DNA of 64,000 nucleotides from an uncultured Megasphaera sp. (GTDB lineage Bacteria; Bacillota; Negativicutes; Veillonellales; Megasphaeraceae): NCBI GenBank assembly GCA_900554215.1, contig USGG01000004.1, positions 937 to 64,936 of the forward strand, read 5' to 3'. Shown piece by piece: positions 43,701 to 50,078 of this stretch (position 1 is its first letter; each line of letters starts with the position of its first letter). The notes under the pieces were generated by a model. It saw only the letters and a program-made list of their open reading frames with translations, ran no database searches and was not told where the DNA came from. The position numbers and the translations under genes were made by a program.

Positions 43701-46174
43701 CCGACGAAGGAACGATTACGTTCAGCGGCGACGTGACGGCTAACACCGGCGACATCACCGTTGATTCAAACGGCGGGGCCATTACGATCGGCAGCAGCGC
43801 TGTCTCGGAAAAATCATATATTGACTTGTCGAGCGAAACCGGTGCGATTACCGTGACGGGCAGCGCAAAGGCTGGCGGTGATGTGACGGCGGAAACAAAG
43901 GATGGCTCGATTACCTTCGGCCAGGAAAGCACCAAGACTGGAAGCGTGACGTCGGCGACGGGCAACGTCACGGCCAAGACGGACAGCGGCAATATTTCGG
44001 TCTACGGTACCGCCGACGCTGATAAAGACATTCTTTTCGAAAGCAGCGTAAGCGGAACTATCCGTGTCGACGGCACGTCGACGGCAGGCCAGCACTTTAC
44101 GGCAGAAACGGGAAGCGGCGATATCGCTCTTAACGGCAGCGTCAAGGCGATGGACGGCGACGTCACGGCGACCAGCAAAAAAGGTTCCATTTCGACGTCG
44201 GAGGATGTCTTTGCCGGTCAGAATGTAACGGTCGAAACCGTCAGTGGGCTGATTGACCTTGGCGGTAAGGTAACGGCCAAGGCCGGCGCAATCACGGCGA
44301 CGACGACGGGAAATACCAGCGGAACCAGCGGTTCGATTACTCTCAAAGGAGATGCCGACGCAGCCCAGACGATTACCCTGAGCAGCGACGGCGGTGCGAT
44401 TACCGTGACAGGCAGTGCAATGGCTGACGGTGATGTGACGGCGGAAACAAAGGATGGCTCGATTACTTTCGGCCAGGAAGGATCGGCGGACGGCAGCGTG
44501 ACGTCGGAATCTGGCGAGGTGAAGGCGACGACAGGACGCGGCGACATTACGATCTACGGCACGTCGACTGCCGGAACTGATTTTACGGCTAAGACCGATG
44601 CCGGAGACATTACGCTAGACGGAAACATTACTGCTCAAACGGGCATGGTCATGGCTCAGGCCTTCTCCGGTAGCATTTCTGCCGGCGGGACGATTACATC
44701 CGCATCAAATACGGAATTGACGGCGACAGGCGTTGCGACTGACGATTCGGGCAACATTACTGTCAACGGCGAAATTGCTTCCGGCAAAGAAGTACATGCT
44801 TCAGCGACAAACGGCAGCATTCGTTTTGAAGGCACAACGACGGCCAGCGCCGGCGACGTGACGGCAACCGTTTCTGGCGACGGTGATATCACGTTTAATG
44901 GCGCCGTAACGGCTGTATCGGAAGGCGACGCAGGAGGCAACATTGCGGCGACTGTTTCCGGCACAGGCAATATTACGACGGACCGCGATGCCGTATTCAA
45001 GGCGGACAAGGATATTCAATTCACGACGAATGCCGGAAGTATTACGACCAATAGCGAAGTGGACGCCGGAGGAAACCTTGCCTTTACGGTGGAAACCAAA
45101 GGCGATATGATCGTTCGCGATGACCTGACGGCAGGGCAAAACATTGATTTAAACGTAAATTCCGGCAATATCCTCTTTGAAGGTACGCAGGACGGCGTCC
45201 ATGAAGACATCTATGTAACGTCGAATGGCGGCGACGTGACCGTTTCTATCAACGAAGGCGGCAAAGGCGATATTAAAGACACGAATGGCAAAGGTGCTGA
45301 TGGAGACTGGGCGAATATTCGTGCCGAGGAAGGCAATGTGACGGTTAAACACGACGGCGTCGGCGACGTTGACTTGTACGAGCTGTATGCGAAGAAGGAC
45401 GCCGGCGTTTCCGTAGCTGATGGCAATCTCCACCTCGTCAATGTCAGCGGCAACCTCGTAGCTGTTTTCGTGAAGTCCGAAGGCAAGGACATGGATGTGG
45501 AAAACATCGAAGCGGCCCAGCAGATTGCGATTTCCGGCTCCAACATGGATCTGGACAGCATCACGCAGCGTGAAGACGGCGACGGTTTCCTGGTCATTAC
45601 GCCGGAAGGCACGGCGGACGATCAGCCGATTGACAACCTCGTGATTGGCGACATCCTGACCAACGGCGGCGTGCGCTTCGACCATCTGTGGCTGAATACC
45701 GGCAATATCCACGTCAGTGAGGGAGCGCTGCATCTGGACAAGGTTTACGTACAGGATAAGGCCACCTTCAGCACCGATGACATGACGACGAACGTCTTCG
45801 GCTCGGCTCCGGTCTACGATGACAGCGTATCGAGCTCGTACTGGGTCAACACGAGCATCAACAGCCCGAAGGACGACCTCGCGGCGTGGAACAGCGACGA
45901 GCTGAACGACAAGTGGATGCATATCTTCTTCTCGCCGGAAGGAACCGTCCAGATCAGCAACGGCAACCTGCTCCATCTGGCTGACCACAATTACGCATAC
46001 AATCAGCGGTATAGCCAGGTCAACTGGATGAATATATTCACCGATGAGGATTTCTACAACTTCTACGACAAGTATTACGCGCCTGACCTGTCGTACCACG
46101 AACGGTACGGCCTGACGAGCGGCAGCGGTCACAGCGTGGAAAACGCTGAAGAAGACGAGGTCATCGTCGAATAA
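28733..46174 (+). CDS. Giant TpsA exoprotein, 5813 aa, LktA-like filamentous adhesin/leukotoxin family
   Basis: Extended signal peptide; TPS domain (NRFDKFNV, NLVNFVNSRIDVHG, GGNLFFLSPEGMAVGKSGVINVGSL); long G/A/V/S/T-rich beta-helix-type repeats; directly follows tpsB. Confidence 0.9.
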   Translation: MKYIRQFTRKQERNQLKTLEQQKHDLDLARKVLTAVTAFSFIGNPFAAMASEIVRVDGGLTEQNGNVHNIYAGQIVGKSTAVNRFDKFNVTAGDIANMYFQQKGGTWQDNLVNFVNSRIDVHGTLNAIKENKIGGNLFFLSPEGMAVGKSGVINVGSLYVMTPAKVSLDETAHTYHGLSDLIETDTEDALNRMMTLNIPVNSSGTISVLGKINSVGDVKMAAAKIAVGKNVSGEDWADGTKNGEIVKGAVIRTGNGTEFNFSDLVNIKDVTSGKVVVDAGLGNTLAAIESGNGDIMLFAKAEDKNTDYSDFKELGQKLLDITVDFDLPKTIEASVENYGTINAKGDAVLKSEATNGNKDWAEETLDQNTPNGVNNPDYVPVPAADADNYVQVIANVNVQGDITAGGDVELIADADNTYVDNGTALTDNVGKILGTAITPMAANVMILSNKAQVTVGKDADVTAGGTVDVHANAVLDGTAGAAANGRKLIKLTPDAIPSAAVGYANAENSATVNIEGTLTAKGENVKDKTDTVTNPAVNISAYAEENLSNSATLNLKSGLAGAGTSALAAAVAVSDSANTAEVTIDGVIQADNGDVAVKADTKNLLAANAATNAPDDTTGSTAVNVMTHEGQANIVINGDITAQNVDIDATNYIDENTITANNSLGMGKLMAEAMNAANVGGITDALKQNPLVKSIINKDGTATADKPGLFKQLSEKLAVGAAIVVADETNSANVTFGKTADVTATSGNVRADADVNIYDSHIYASGTANSYKKSESGSTDTVTVGAGVVYAGMNNTASVVFEDDSDASADESHASITAAKDITITSGTTIEYHRPERIKREIDRSIENLKYAVEAIKNLPEYEEEKYKEIIDGLKNLQEKLTNYAKAYSTEFMDAVNNPDAITAEGTANRIFDAAAGAVGIYNDVMDLQQNANDILDVTSPFGAVVSNALGVVTNAVAFTDPNNYANVAASSSSKGGQDSTKLAVAGSVTVTDFNNTSSVDVGKFTELKAGQNLDLKSVNAVEDVTITGKTKFWKNDADAKGGVGIGASVNYQNFDTYSKVTVDEGASLMAGDISIGSESEIFHVGAMLGAGKSDGSAVNGMVTITDSDSYNEVVVDSDAILESIKDAAAKTNGTIDIWANNNTSVNNAILSISASGDNVGAGIGVALNNIDVQNSAQIIDNDGTDDEDDALEGKISASALSVNAETTGLINAISIAGGITSSGKDEGGEEGFFDKVTAPFNKINDTKESALNGIANISNKLQDVLKTMDLNASSSGSEAGDEETGVPGFSFAGAGSVSLNLVNDTTKAVIDGANIQFENDGQLQVGARDSAFTGAWSGAAGLSFRKGQSGGSSGNTSVAVSGAVGVNDIDNEITAFVKNSTINGAKDIDVTAVSGGTTIAAGLGATLTSDSTGGKNYSGGASVSVNLIDKDVNANMDGVTLTGVVEGEDEEQKNVTNIDVTAYESDVQITGGVRADIATGGGSLVGGGVTVADIHNNINAGITGGSYTDVNDVTVKGMLATTQVTAAVSAGVATGGSGTNNAFSGAAVYNGLSNDIHASIDGANIIAEGTVAVAAKDTEAGLKEAEPYQNLLSDYTEHNQFATDRGIDTSGSSFYEDLDTAGESVDYDRNGSTIVGAAVVATGSNGNAAGAAINIADIDNDFTASVNNASVTADDVLAEADADTLLVGAAGGVAAGTKTFGGMGSVTWQDIDNDVTAQFVNSQITTNAVTAKADNNTQAINVAGSVSVGKSAAVGATLAYNALDNTIGAYMKGNSIKALGDDVDVVVDADNTGKVYGIGAGVSASTKAAINGSVAVNRGGSNTEAVIDKSDEKESYIEDAGTVKVTADDGTYRLAVVGSVSASGKAAIGGGVAYNDVGGSSAGSESSGQNTFAAIKNTDIMTADNGEHDVTVKADDASKLMTIAAGVAAAATAGVQGSAATSLVNKNVSAIVENTDIDERGGSLAEVTVDAQNNSQITSSADTGSFAAQGANVGAGVAVNRIVQQTNAAVNGGVMNVNNLTVQADGKPRIENIGVGIAVAGQGAGVSGSVSVNMIDNDVTAHIGSGANIAADGSVGVVATSDEQISNYSGMLAAAGQGAGVGISVSVNQIQGETSATVGDEGTNTAVSAKGNGDGLTTSTDISEGEINDTLISSDTVDMDEKIDRLDETRQGLIVDASSTRNMKSFLINVGATGQGAGVAPTVNVNMIDGATTAGISHTVVNKGVPAGEVFVNAGDYTNMSGFVGSGGIAGMGAGVGLGSDTNTVSRNVEAVVSNSDVNAKAFEIDAKSMQGISSFVVGAGVAGIGGGVAGVVTVTDLANTTKAALFNSNVTANTVDVTADHKGIVNAGNVGVGAAGIGAGVGLSVGVLKDNSETYALVSNDSTEEKSIVAAGDVSISAQNTTTVKPSISATGAGVAGVAGATSINNLNSKVVTDLANANIISKSGSIHGTANNTFNIEAYMGSQAGGAVGVGAGVTVNTIDSTVQMNVSDSELQAAQNVALTADETRNIQQTATNVAAGGAAIGANIAITTVGKEFTDSDVLAEIDRANNALVNEDTQENNASALLNGAGDALKTAGIEESSVTPSIGAEYGGGKDSQITVNISNSNVTGSAIKAEAAEHDVIDMTLGSGSAGGVAINAGVGILDVNRNVGVHITGGSMTANAIDVNTDITGEANLEVYQGSAGVVSGNAAVGQVSTSGSSTISIDNARFTSNVMNVLAADHGVTNVNVLGVTVGAVSVGAIVAGVKNTGNTEVEMQNSKIEDKDGGNNGTVSIKTDKANTVTAHAMGGAGGALAAQGVVATASDEGESRITLQAGNALAAKEIAIAAKASPAVKAVADSAAVSVFGTAGGAGATATANGTVAVTVADGNELNADTVDISADAATQDGKNTAEAAVVGASGSGYYTLAENLAKADVAMNVTVDVGDAAYKTETTKKLIGYKDVEGSEEGERTEVYAEDTKGVTNLTISSSNAAKASADAKGITIGGIFSSGNNQALTSNTSQTKVSLRSGSENTRLGSLTVTAAGAGDNTTKADGSGGGLVSGDLAAYVKNEMNATTQVDISGTLEVEGDVRIEALQSDTANINADALKAAVVGASATKADNSITGTTGISISDAVITSGGDMDVNAANTVTFGDKENYAVEGSGYGGVNVQGAVFNNTINKKANIAIANSTITTDGAQNYEAKTTGNLNVGGYIKAAGLGAFTWVDVDNTVTSTDTVSVDENSSLKTKKTGKDIVLAAVDNVDMAVIGVADTQGGAVGGASSNVTSTLNRNNSIAVDGTLYSMNDVNLYAGKDKNGSEGKLDLEADSESYNKTALAVSNPKLNDAVNQNNTVAIGSGSEVSSVRNINLYADAGKETIRDSSVLYTWYWSDKDENYTSSTVGDAEPDNKHSNNYVQADGTLTAGVQNKQYVTIGGTYDPETGTTDGSQLIFFDDQVKDAVNAYENGQEAVGKDDLIINASDGVDKDGIGTGTMDYGTTLFDRYNELGELMQAYAEDPSSTAYLGYKAERDRIMSQMESMGLIEEIKVLDNEGKPTGETYKAPVEGATIDYIELSDIVASGGNINIQSDNLSGKGSLTAKGAPEVVVNNNTNLYLKVNDITIGEAGGEIHYNNTSLTGDAAKDNATIEGLNKDGMSANFAVISPDAAAETGGRIVINGNYGGTAVYANVTIDGQTQTIQTTPRADIEINGLVDGGDGIVEISSAANNIVIQGDSASDSAGVKGKTVKLSASKGSVSQGFQEGIVSIGGDVQDQYASQYEEGKNHFDTEYGFQHDTVHDEWSKNEEVKSDGNRIAGENIYISAADININGEIQSGYEKYVVEIKDTNEVQNKINDLRQNWLDSGSGVLSDAEIMTGDTYRVVMGKDVRGEDGVYYRTLDVYYNPYTGQLVVPDVDAHGGQVYLTGRISSTGSGSIKVLDGAYDINVHNDTTTDLQLGKLVSNDVSGLISITDTAKNTLTEFTRGQTIVKDLTKLEDGDYVTLDTIKGGSNVYKPQEGLRYNWTTGQEVTTKEEYSNTIKAGLWGAVETMDKTQLDDFEESHKPSTPAKETEKDKPNGEYIGSISTSKDGIDNDDNFIVIYDNTKLNEDRVGPGEPERWSTGFLGWFKWEKYTWSVTTGTTQQYVASVKADKPIEIGFFGNADGNSNININAAGNINLTNTIGSASSGTGSVIDIASTGGAINQKGGSLVGDNINLQAAAGINDVNITSMGDTVHLNAVNSGSGDVTIDVSAAYGTKGNVVINQLFAGANAQTGDVSLTADGSITQNGKAVSVSGNRIDLTSENGAIGTDSQAVVVNGGQSIVDGTDSLSASVNAQAKDDINLTQAQGDMRIGRVYSDNGDVTITVTNGSLIDALPDGETIDRGSTDALIQKWKDLGLIDGDGKYTESQEQDVAEYEAAVRNEFEQYEMLKGYYEDGEQHRNDAGYAAYEKLAETYGGYESADAYLAGDAAQTHIGELRKEGAGWSEDQLLYAISDAVINQESGATDTIVKDPNLKGHNITLNVKGDVGRNSDETTKIQLAGLSSRVEDLKQLANANAGSVTWNEAKGVAIINEKTPLGVQLTGTGGSLNVQAGGNVYLAGRTEGDGDVTNVLNIDSIKGGNIRLQGKDGIYNVHADLNEAAITGNNLLMQGGDGSIGTADKAMTIDVSGPVQMTAGDNIYVNQVGDDALQIYSMGAGQDIVLAAKTDIVSANTPVSSDEEDDGTVLSSGYIRSDGGSISLTAGGAIGTEGQGLRILDNGAIVNAAAQGDIYVAGVSGTGSTGTLAIGNISSAGGNASITAETNIAFAADSLVSVQNGTGTLTLTAEQGSVTQGEGEEGSGIYAGTVDVSSKGSQLLENAQNTVTNFVVRGLEEDNSLTGNVHLVSGAETVHINFSADGEKGLTVNDGSITVHHNGSADGELRMTGSATTKNASSDDSIKTDIVMSSLGSLTSDGALDSAGNVCMDAAGNITQKNSVTAVGEAMFTSDAGSISLTGTTTAGRVEATTESEADEGTITFSGDVTANTGDITVDSNGGAITIGSSAVSEKSYIDLSSETGAITVTGSAKAGGDVTAETKDGSITFGQESTKTGSVTSATGNVTAKTDSGNISVYGTADADKDILFESSVSGTIRVDGTSTAGQHFTAETGSGDIALNGSVKAMDGDVTATSKKGSISTSEDVFAGQNVTVETVSGLIDLGGKVTAKAGAITATTTGNTSGTSGSITLKGDADAAQTITLSSDGGAITVTGSAMADGDVTAETKDGSITFGQEGSADGSVTSESGEVKATTGRGDITIYGTSTAGTDFTAKTDAGDITLDGNITAQTGMVMAQAFSGSISAGGTITSASNTELTATGVATDDSGNITVNGEIASGKEVHASATNGSIRFEGTTTASAGDVTATVSGDGDITFNGAVTAVSEGDAGGNIAATVSGTGNITTDRDAVFKADKDIQFTTNAGSITTNSEVDAGGNLAFTVETKGDMIVRDDLTAGQNIDLNVNSGNILFEGTQDGVHEDIYVTSNGGDVTVSINEGGKGDIKDTNGKGADGDWANIRAEEGNVTVKHDGVGDVDLYELYAKKDAGVSVADGNLHLVNVSGNLVAVFVKSEGKDMDVENIEAAQQIAISGSNMDLDSITQREDGDGFLVITPEGTADDQPIDNLVIGDILTNGGVRFDHLWLNTGNIHVSEGALHLDKVYVQDKATFSTDDMTTNVFGSAPVYDDSVSSSYWVNTSINSPKDDLAAWNSDELNDKWMHIFFSPEGTVQISNGNLLHLADHNYAYNQRYSQVNWMNIFTDEDFYNFYDKYYAPDLSYHERYGLTSGSGHSVENAEEDEVIVE
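43841..44479 (+). repeat. 87-bp near-identical direct repeat within tpsA (43841-43927 and 44393-44479)
   Basis: Both copies encode GAITVTGSAxAxGDVTAETKDGSITFGQE; in-frame offset of 552 bp. Confidence 0.9.
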
Positions 46175-46261
46175 GGAAAGGCAGTTTGTATGAACTACAT
46201 GGCGGCAGGGGCCCTGCATGACAGGGCTCCCAGCTGCTGTAAGAGAAAGGATGGGATTCCC

Positions 46262-46693
46262 ATGAATAAAAAAGCAGAATTATTTCAAGACTATTTAAAA
46301 GAAAAACAAATCGCGGCCTTTACGGTCGACGAAATCAAGGACGATGCGCTGAACACCGTCGTCTTCCGCTCCCACATCGACGTCGGCGGTAACCAGCTCC
46401 CGACGCTGGTCATCCTGGACAGCAGCATTTACTGCATGATCCGCCTTCTCGTCGCGCCGAAAGCCCTTCGCGATGACAATAGGGAAGCCGTGCTGGAGCT
46501 CATGAACGGCTACAACAAGAAGTATAAATCCTTTAAATACTACGCCGACGACGAAGGCAACCTCGTCATGGACACGTGCGTATTGTTCAAGGACGGGGAA
46601 GCCGACGGCGACATGATTTACACCATGTTCAACGTCATCATCAACCACCTGAACGAATCGTACAAAGACACGATGAAGGCTATTTGGCAGTAG
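46262..46693 (+). CDS. YbjN-domain small protein at the LktC-like position
   Basis: 143 aa after an AAAGGA RBS; LELMNGYNKKYKSFKYYADDEGNL pattern typical of YbjN-like proteins; third gene of the tps operon. Confidence 0.7.
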   Translation: MNKKAELFQDYLKEKQIAAFTVDEIKDDALNTVVFRSHIDVGGNQLPTLVILDSSIYCMIRLLVAPKALRDDNREAVLELMNGYNKKYKSFKYYADDEGNLVMDTCVLFKDGEADGDMIYTMFNVIINHLNESYKDTMKAIWQ

Positions 46694-46713
46694 AAAAGAA
46701 TAGTGCAGTGCAT

Positions 46714-46758
46714 AAAAAACGGGCCTGTCTCGCGCAATCGCGCGGGCAAGCCCGTTTT
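46714..46758 (+). terminator. Terminator of the tps operon
   Basis: AAAACGGGC..CGCG/CGCG..GCCCGTTTT hairpin. Confidence 0.7.
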
Positions 46759-46811
46759 GCTGTTATGATTTTAAGCAACTAGCCTGGCATGGCGTTGGCC
46801 GTAATCAACGC

Positions 46812-46876
46812 AAGAGCCCCTTCAAGATGGCACTCTTGAAGGGGCTCGTTATGTTTTGCATACTTTTCAGTCTACC
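46812..46876 (-). ncRNA. Putative orphan type I antitoxin sRNA
   Basis: Minus-strand promoter TCGACT (46910-46905), 17 bp, TATACT (46887-46882); hairpin GAGCCCCTTCAAGA/TCTTGAAGGGGCTC; layout mirrors the 23 kb locus. Confidence 0.55.
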
Positions 46877-47324
46877 CGCTGAGTATACCAAGTTTTCGGC
46901 AGATAGTCGATGCTGAAATTTCTCCTTATTATGCTATGCGTAATCTATTTTTTATAGTTTTTGTAATACCTCTGGGTTGTTACATGATCACTTACATAAT
47001 ATTTCTCTATCGGGATTTACTTCCAGAGGATTTTATTCTCACTTAGACAGAGGATTTGCATGAGAGAGGCTATGTTTTCGATGCAATAAGTGAAATATAG
47101 CTAGATTCAATTTGCATAAGATGAACGTTTTACTTGAATCTATCTTGCGAAAGTCTTCGATTTAAGGTATAATATAAATACCAAATGGTCATGATAAAAT
47201 GTACACTTAAAGCAAATGTACAACAATATTTAAGAATGAGAAAACCAATTCTTTTAACATGACAGAATAAGGGAACGGATTCAAGGATTTTTATGGATTC
47301 CCCAATAAATGAGGAGTTTACACC

Positions 47325-48002
47325 ATGGATAATTGGATAGATGCCGCTCGGCTTACGGTTATCGTAGGGCACTTTGGCAGCGGCAAAACGGAATTTGCCG
47401 TAAATATGGCAATGGCCTTGGCTGATAAGGGGCATCCCTTTGCCTTGGCTGATTTAGATGTCGTAGACCCATATTTTCGCTCGCGCGAATGCCGGGATAT
47501 GATAGAAGAACGAGGCGGCCGGCTGATTGCCAGCTCGCAGATGCATGTAGATGCTGACTTGCCGTCTATGCCGCCCGATGTATTTGCCTTGTTTGATAAT
47601 CCTGAGTTATATGGGATTTTAGATATTGGCGGCGACCCGTCGGGAGCCAGAGTGCTGGCCCGCTATCGTCATGATCTTCAGCGATGCGGAGCCCGTGTGC
47701 TGTGCGTCGTCAATGCCAATCGGCCCTTATCGGATACGGCAGAAAAAGCCGAACGATATGTACGGGCGATTGAACAGTCGTCAGGAATGAATATCGACGG
47801 CTTGGTCAATAATACGCACTGCTGCCAGCTGACCGACGTTGAAGACGTCGTTGCCGGCGCGAAGATGGCGCAGGAAGTATCGGTATTAACCGGAATCCCC
47901 GTAGTCTGCCATGCTGTCCCCCTACGTTTGGCAGATCGGGTTTCGGATTTAGTATATCCTGTATTCCCTATGCAGTTGTACATGAAGAAACCTTGGGAAT
48001 GA
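47325..48002 (+). CDS. P-loop ATP-binding protein preceding the 2-oxoacid oxidoreductase operon
   Basis: GHFGSGKTEFAVN, DLDVVDPYFRSRE, DIGGD and NANRP motifs. Confidence 0.8.
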   Translation: MDNWIDAARLTVIVGHFGSGKTEFAVNMAMALADKGHPFALADLDVVDPYFRSRECRDMIEERGGRLIASSQMHVDADLPSMPPDVFALFDNPELYGILDIGGDPSGARVLARYRHDLQRCGARVLCVVNANRPLSDTAEKAERYVRAIEQSSGMNIDGLVNNTHCCQLTDVEDVVAGAKMAQEVSVLTGIPVVCHAVPLRLADRVSDLVYPVFPMQLYMKKPWE

Positions 48003-48031
48003 CACCCGCAAAGAAAGGAGACGTAACACCT

Positions 48032-48241
48032 ATGGCAATGCATTTGACTTTCAGAAAAGAGCGTTGTAAAGGATGCGGATTGTGCATCACCGTATGTCCC
48101 AAACAGATTCTGGCCTTGGAAGACGGCACGAATATTAAGGGCTACCGGCCGGCACACTGCACGGATGAATCGCTCTGCATCGGCTGCGCAAGCTGCGCAA
48201 GAATTTGCCCGGATTCGATCATTACTATTGAAAAGGACTAA
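48032..48241 (+). CDS. 2x[4Fe-4S] ferredoxin subunit of 2-oxoacid:ferredoxin oxidoreductase 1
   Basis: CKGCGLCITVCP and CIGCASCARICP; AAGGAG RBS. Confidence 0.9.
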   Translation: MAMHLTFRKERCKGCGLCITVCPKQILALEDGTNIKGYRPAHCTDESLCIGCASCARICPDSIITIEKD

Positions 48242-48252
48242 CAAAGAGGAGT

Positions 48253-49332
48253 GTGAACTGTTCCATGAAAAGAGAAATTTGGAAGGGCAGTGAAGCTATA
48301 GCTGAAGCCGCAATTCGTGCAGGCTGTCGCGGTTTCTTCGGATATCCCATTACCCCGCAGAATGAAATCCCTGAATATATGTCGCTGAGAATGCCTCAGG
48401 TAGGCGGCGTGTTCGTACAGGCTGAATCGGAAGTAGCAGCTATCAACATGGTATACGGCGCGGCCGGTTCCGGCGTTCGCGCTATGACGTCCTCGTCGTC
48501 TCCGGGCGTCAGCTTGAAACAGGAAGGCATCAGCTACGCCGCAGGCGCACAGCTGCCGGCGGTTATCGTCAACGTCATGCGCGGCGGCCCGGGCCTTGGC
48601 TCCATCCAGCCGTCCCAGGCAGACTATTTCCAGGCAACCCGCGGTGGCGGAAACGGCGACTATCGTACGCCAGTCCTGGCTCCGGCCAACCTGCAGGAAG
48701 CTGTCGACCTGGTACAGGAAGCTTTCGACATTGCTGACCAGTACCGCACGCCTGTCGTCGTATTGGCAGACGGCCTCATCGGTCAGATGATGGAACCAAT
48801 CGTATGGAAAGAACACAAACAGCGTCCCCTGCCGCCGAAGGACTGGGCATCGAGCGGACGCGGCGACCGTGACCACAACAACTTCATCAACTCCCTGCTC
48901 ATCGACGCCCCGTCGTGCGAAAAACACAACGAAGAGCTGCTGAAGATTTACGCAGAAATCGAAAAGAACGAAGTACGCTGGGAAGAAATCATGCTGGAAG
49001 ACGCAGAACTGGTCTTCACGGCCTATGGCACGCCGGCCCGTATTGCCATTACGGTGGCGGAAAACCTGCGCAAGAAAGGCATCAAAGCCGGCGTATTCCG
49101 CCCGATTACGCTGTGGCCGTTCCCGTATGCCCGCCTGAGAGAAATTGCAGAACAGGCATCGGTTAAGGTATTCCTGGACGTAGAAATGAGCGCCGGCCAG
49201 ATGGTCGAAGACGTCAAGCTTGCCGTTGGCGACCGGAAACCGATCGATTTCTATGGCCGGTTGGGCGGCATGATCCCGACGGTTTCGGAAATCGAAGCCA
49301 AGGCAGAAGCAGTCATGGGGGAGGTAAAATAA
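48253..49332 (+). CDS. vorB: 2-oxoacid (2-ketoisovalerate-type):ferredoxin oxidoreductase alpha subunit, copy 1
   Basis: GYPITPQNEI, QAESEVAAINM, TSSSSPG and RGGPGLG motifs. Confidence 0.85.
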   Translation: MNCSMKREIWKGSEAIAEAAIRAGCRGFFGYPITPQNEIPEYMSLRMPQVGGVFVQAESEVAAINMVYGAAGSGVRAMTSSSSPGVSLKQEGISYAAGAQLPAVIVNVMRGGPGLGSIQPSQADYFQATRGGGNGDYRTPVLAPANLQEAVDLVQEAFDIADQYRTPVVVLADGLIGQMMEPIVWKEHKQRPLPPKDWASSGRGDRDHNNFINSLLIDAPSCEKHNEELLKIYAEIEKNEVRWEEIMLEDAELVFTAYGTPARIAITVAENLRKKGIKAGVFRPITLWPFPYARLREIAEQASVKVFLDVEMSAGQMVEDVKLAVGDRKPIDFYGRLGGMIPTVSEIEAKAEAVMGEVK

Positions 49333-49333
49333 T

Positions 49334-50077
49334 ATGAAGACTATATATGCAAAGTCCAAAGGCTTGCAGGATACCGAATTACATTACTGCCCCGGCTGCA
49401 GCCACGGTATCGTGCATAAATTAATTGCGGAAACGCTGGAAGAAATGGATGCGATCAAGACGGCTATCGGCGTATGCCCCGTAGGCTGCTCCGTATTCGC
49501 CGGCAACTACTTTGCCTGCGATATGCTGGAAGCCGCTCACGGCCGTGCGCCTGCCGTAGCGACGGGCGTAAAACGCACCCATCCGAACGTCCCCGTCTTC
49601 ACCTATCAGGGCGACGGCGACCTGGCATCCATCGGCGCGGCAGAAATCGTACACGCTGCCATGCGCGGTGAAAAATTCACGACGATCTTCATCAACAACG
49701 CAATCTACGGCATGACGGGCGGCCAGATGGCTCCGACGACCCTGATTGGCCAGCGCGCTACGACGGCTCCCTTGGGCCGTACGGTAGAACAGGCGGGCAA
49801 ACCGATGCGCGTAGCAGAAATGCTGTCGACGTTGGACGGCCTCGTCTATGCAGAACGCGTCTGCGTTGTCGATATTCCACACTTGATGAAAGCGAAAAAG
49901 GCGATCAAGAAAGCCTTTGAACGTCAGATGAACGGCGACGGATTTACCTTTATCGAAGTATTAGCCGCCTGCCCGACGAACTGGGGTATGGATATTCATG
50001 AAGCAAACAAGTGGCTCATGGAAAATATGGCTACGTACTATCCTCTTGGCGTAATTAAAGATGCGGAGGTGCAATAA
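49334..50077 (+). CDS. 2-oxoacid:ferredoxin oxidoreductase beta (TPP-binding) subunit, copy 1
   Basis: YCPGCSHG, HGRA, YQGDGD, NNAIYGMTGGQ and CPTNWG motifs. Confidence 0.9.
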   Translation: MKTIYAKSKGLQDTELHYCPGCSHGIVHKLIAETLEEMDAIKTAIGVCPVGCSVFAGNYFACDMLEAAHGRAPAVATGVKRTHPNVPVFTYQGDGDLASIGAAEIVHAAMRGEKFTTIFINNAIYGMTGGQMAPTTLIGQRATTAPLGRTVEQAGKPMRVAEMLSTLDGLVYAERVCVVDIPHLMKAKKAIKKAFERQMNGDGFTFIEVLAACPTNWGMDIHEANKWLMENMATYYPLGVIKDAEVQ

Positions 50078-50078
50078 T

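Noticed and set aside
45300..46693. CDI-type C-terminal toxin plus immunity gene
   Set aside because: No VENN/pre-toxin motif or recognisable nuclease/deaminase domain at the TpsA C-terminus; the downstream gene looks YbjN-like; not fully excluded
23000..47000. Integrase, transposase or att-bounded mobile element around the tps block
   Set aside because: No recombinase, transposase or tRNA, and no flanking direct repeats recognised; island status is only inferred
47197..47226. AAATGTACA direct repeat upstream of the first oxidoreductase operon
   Set aside because: Only two short copies in AT-rich DNA; too little support for an operator call
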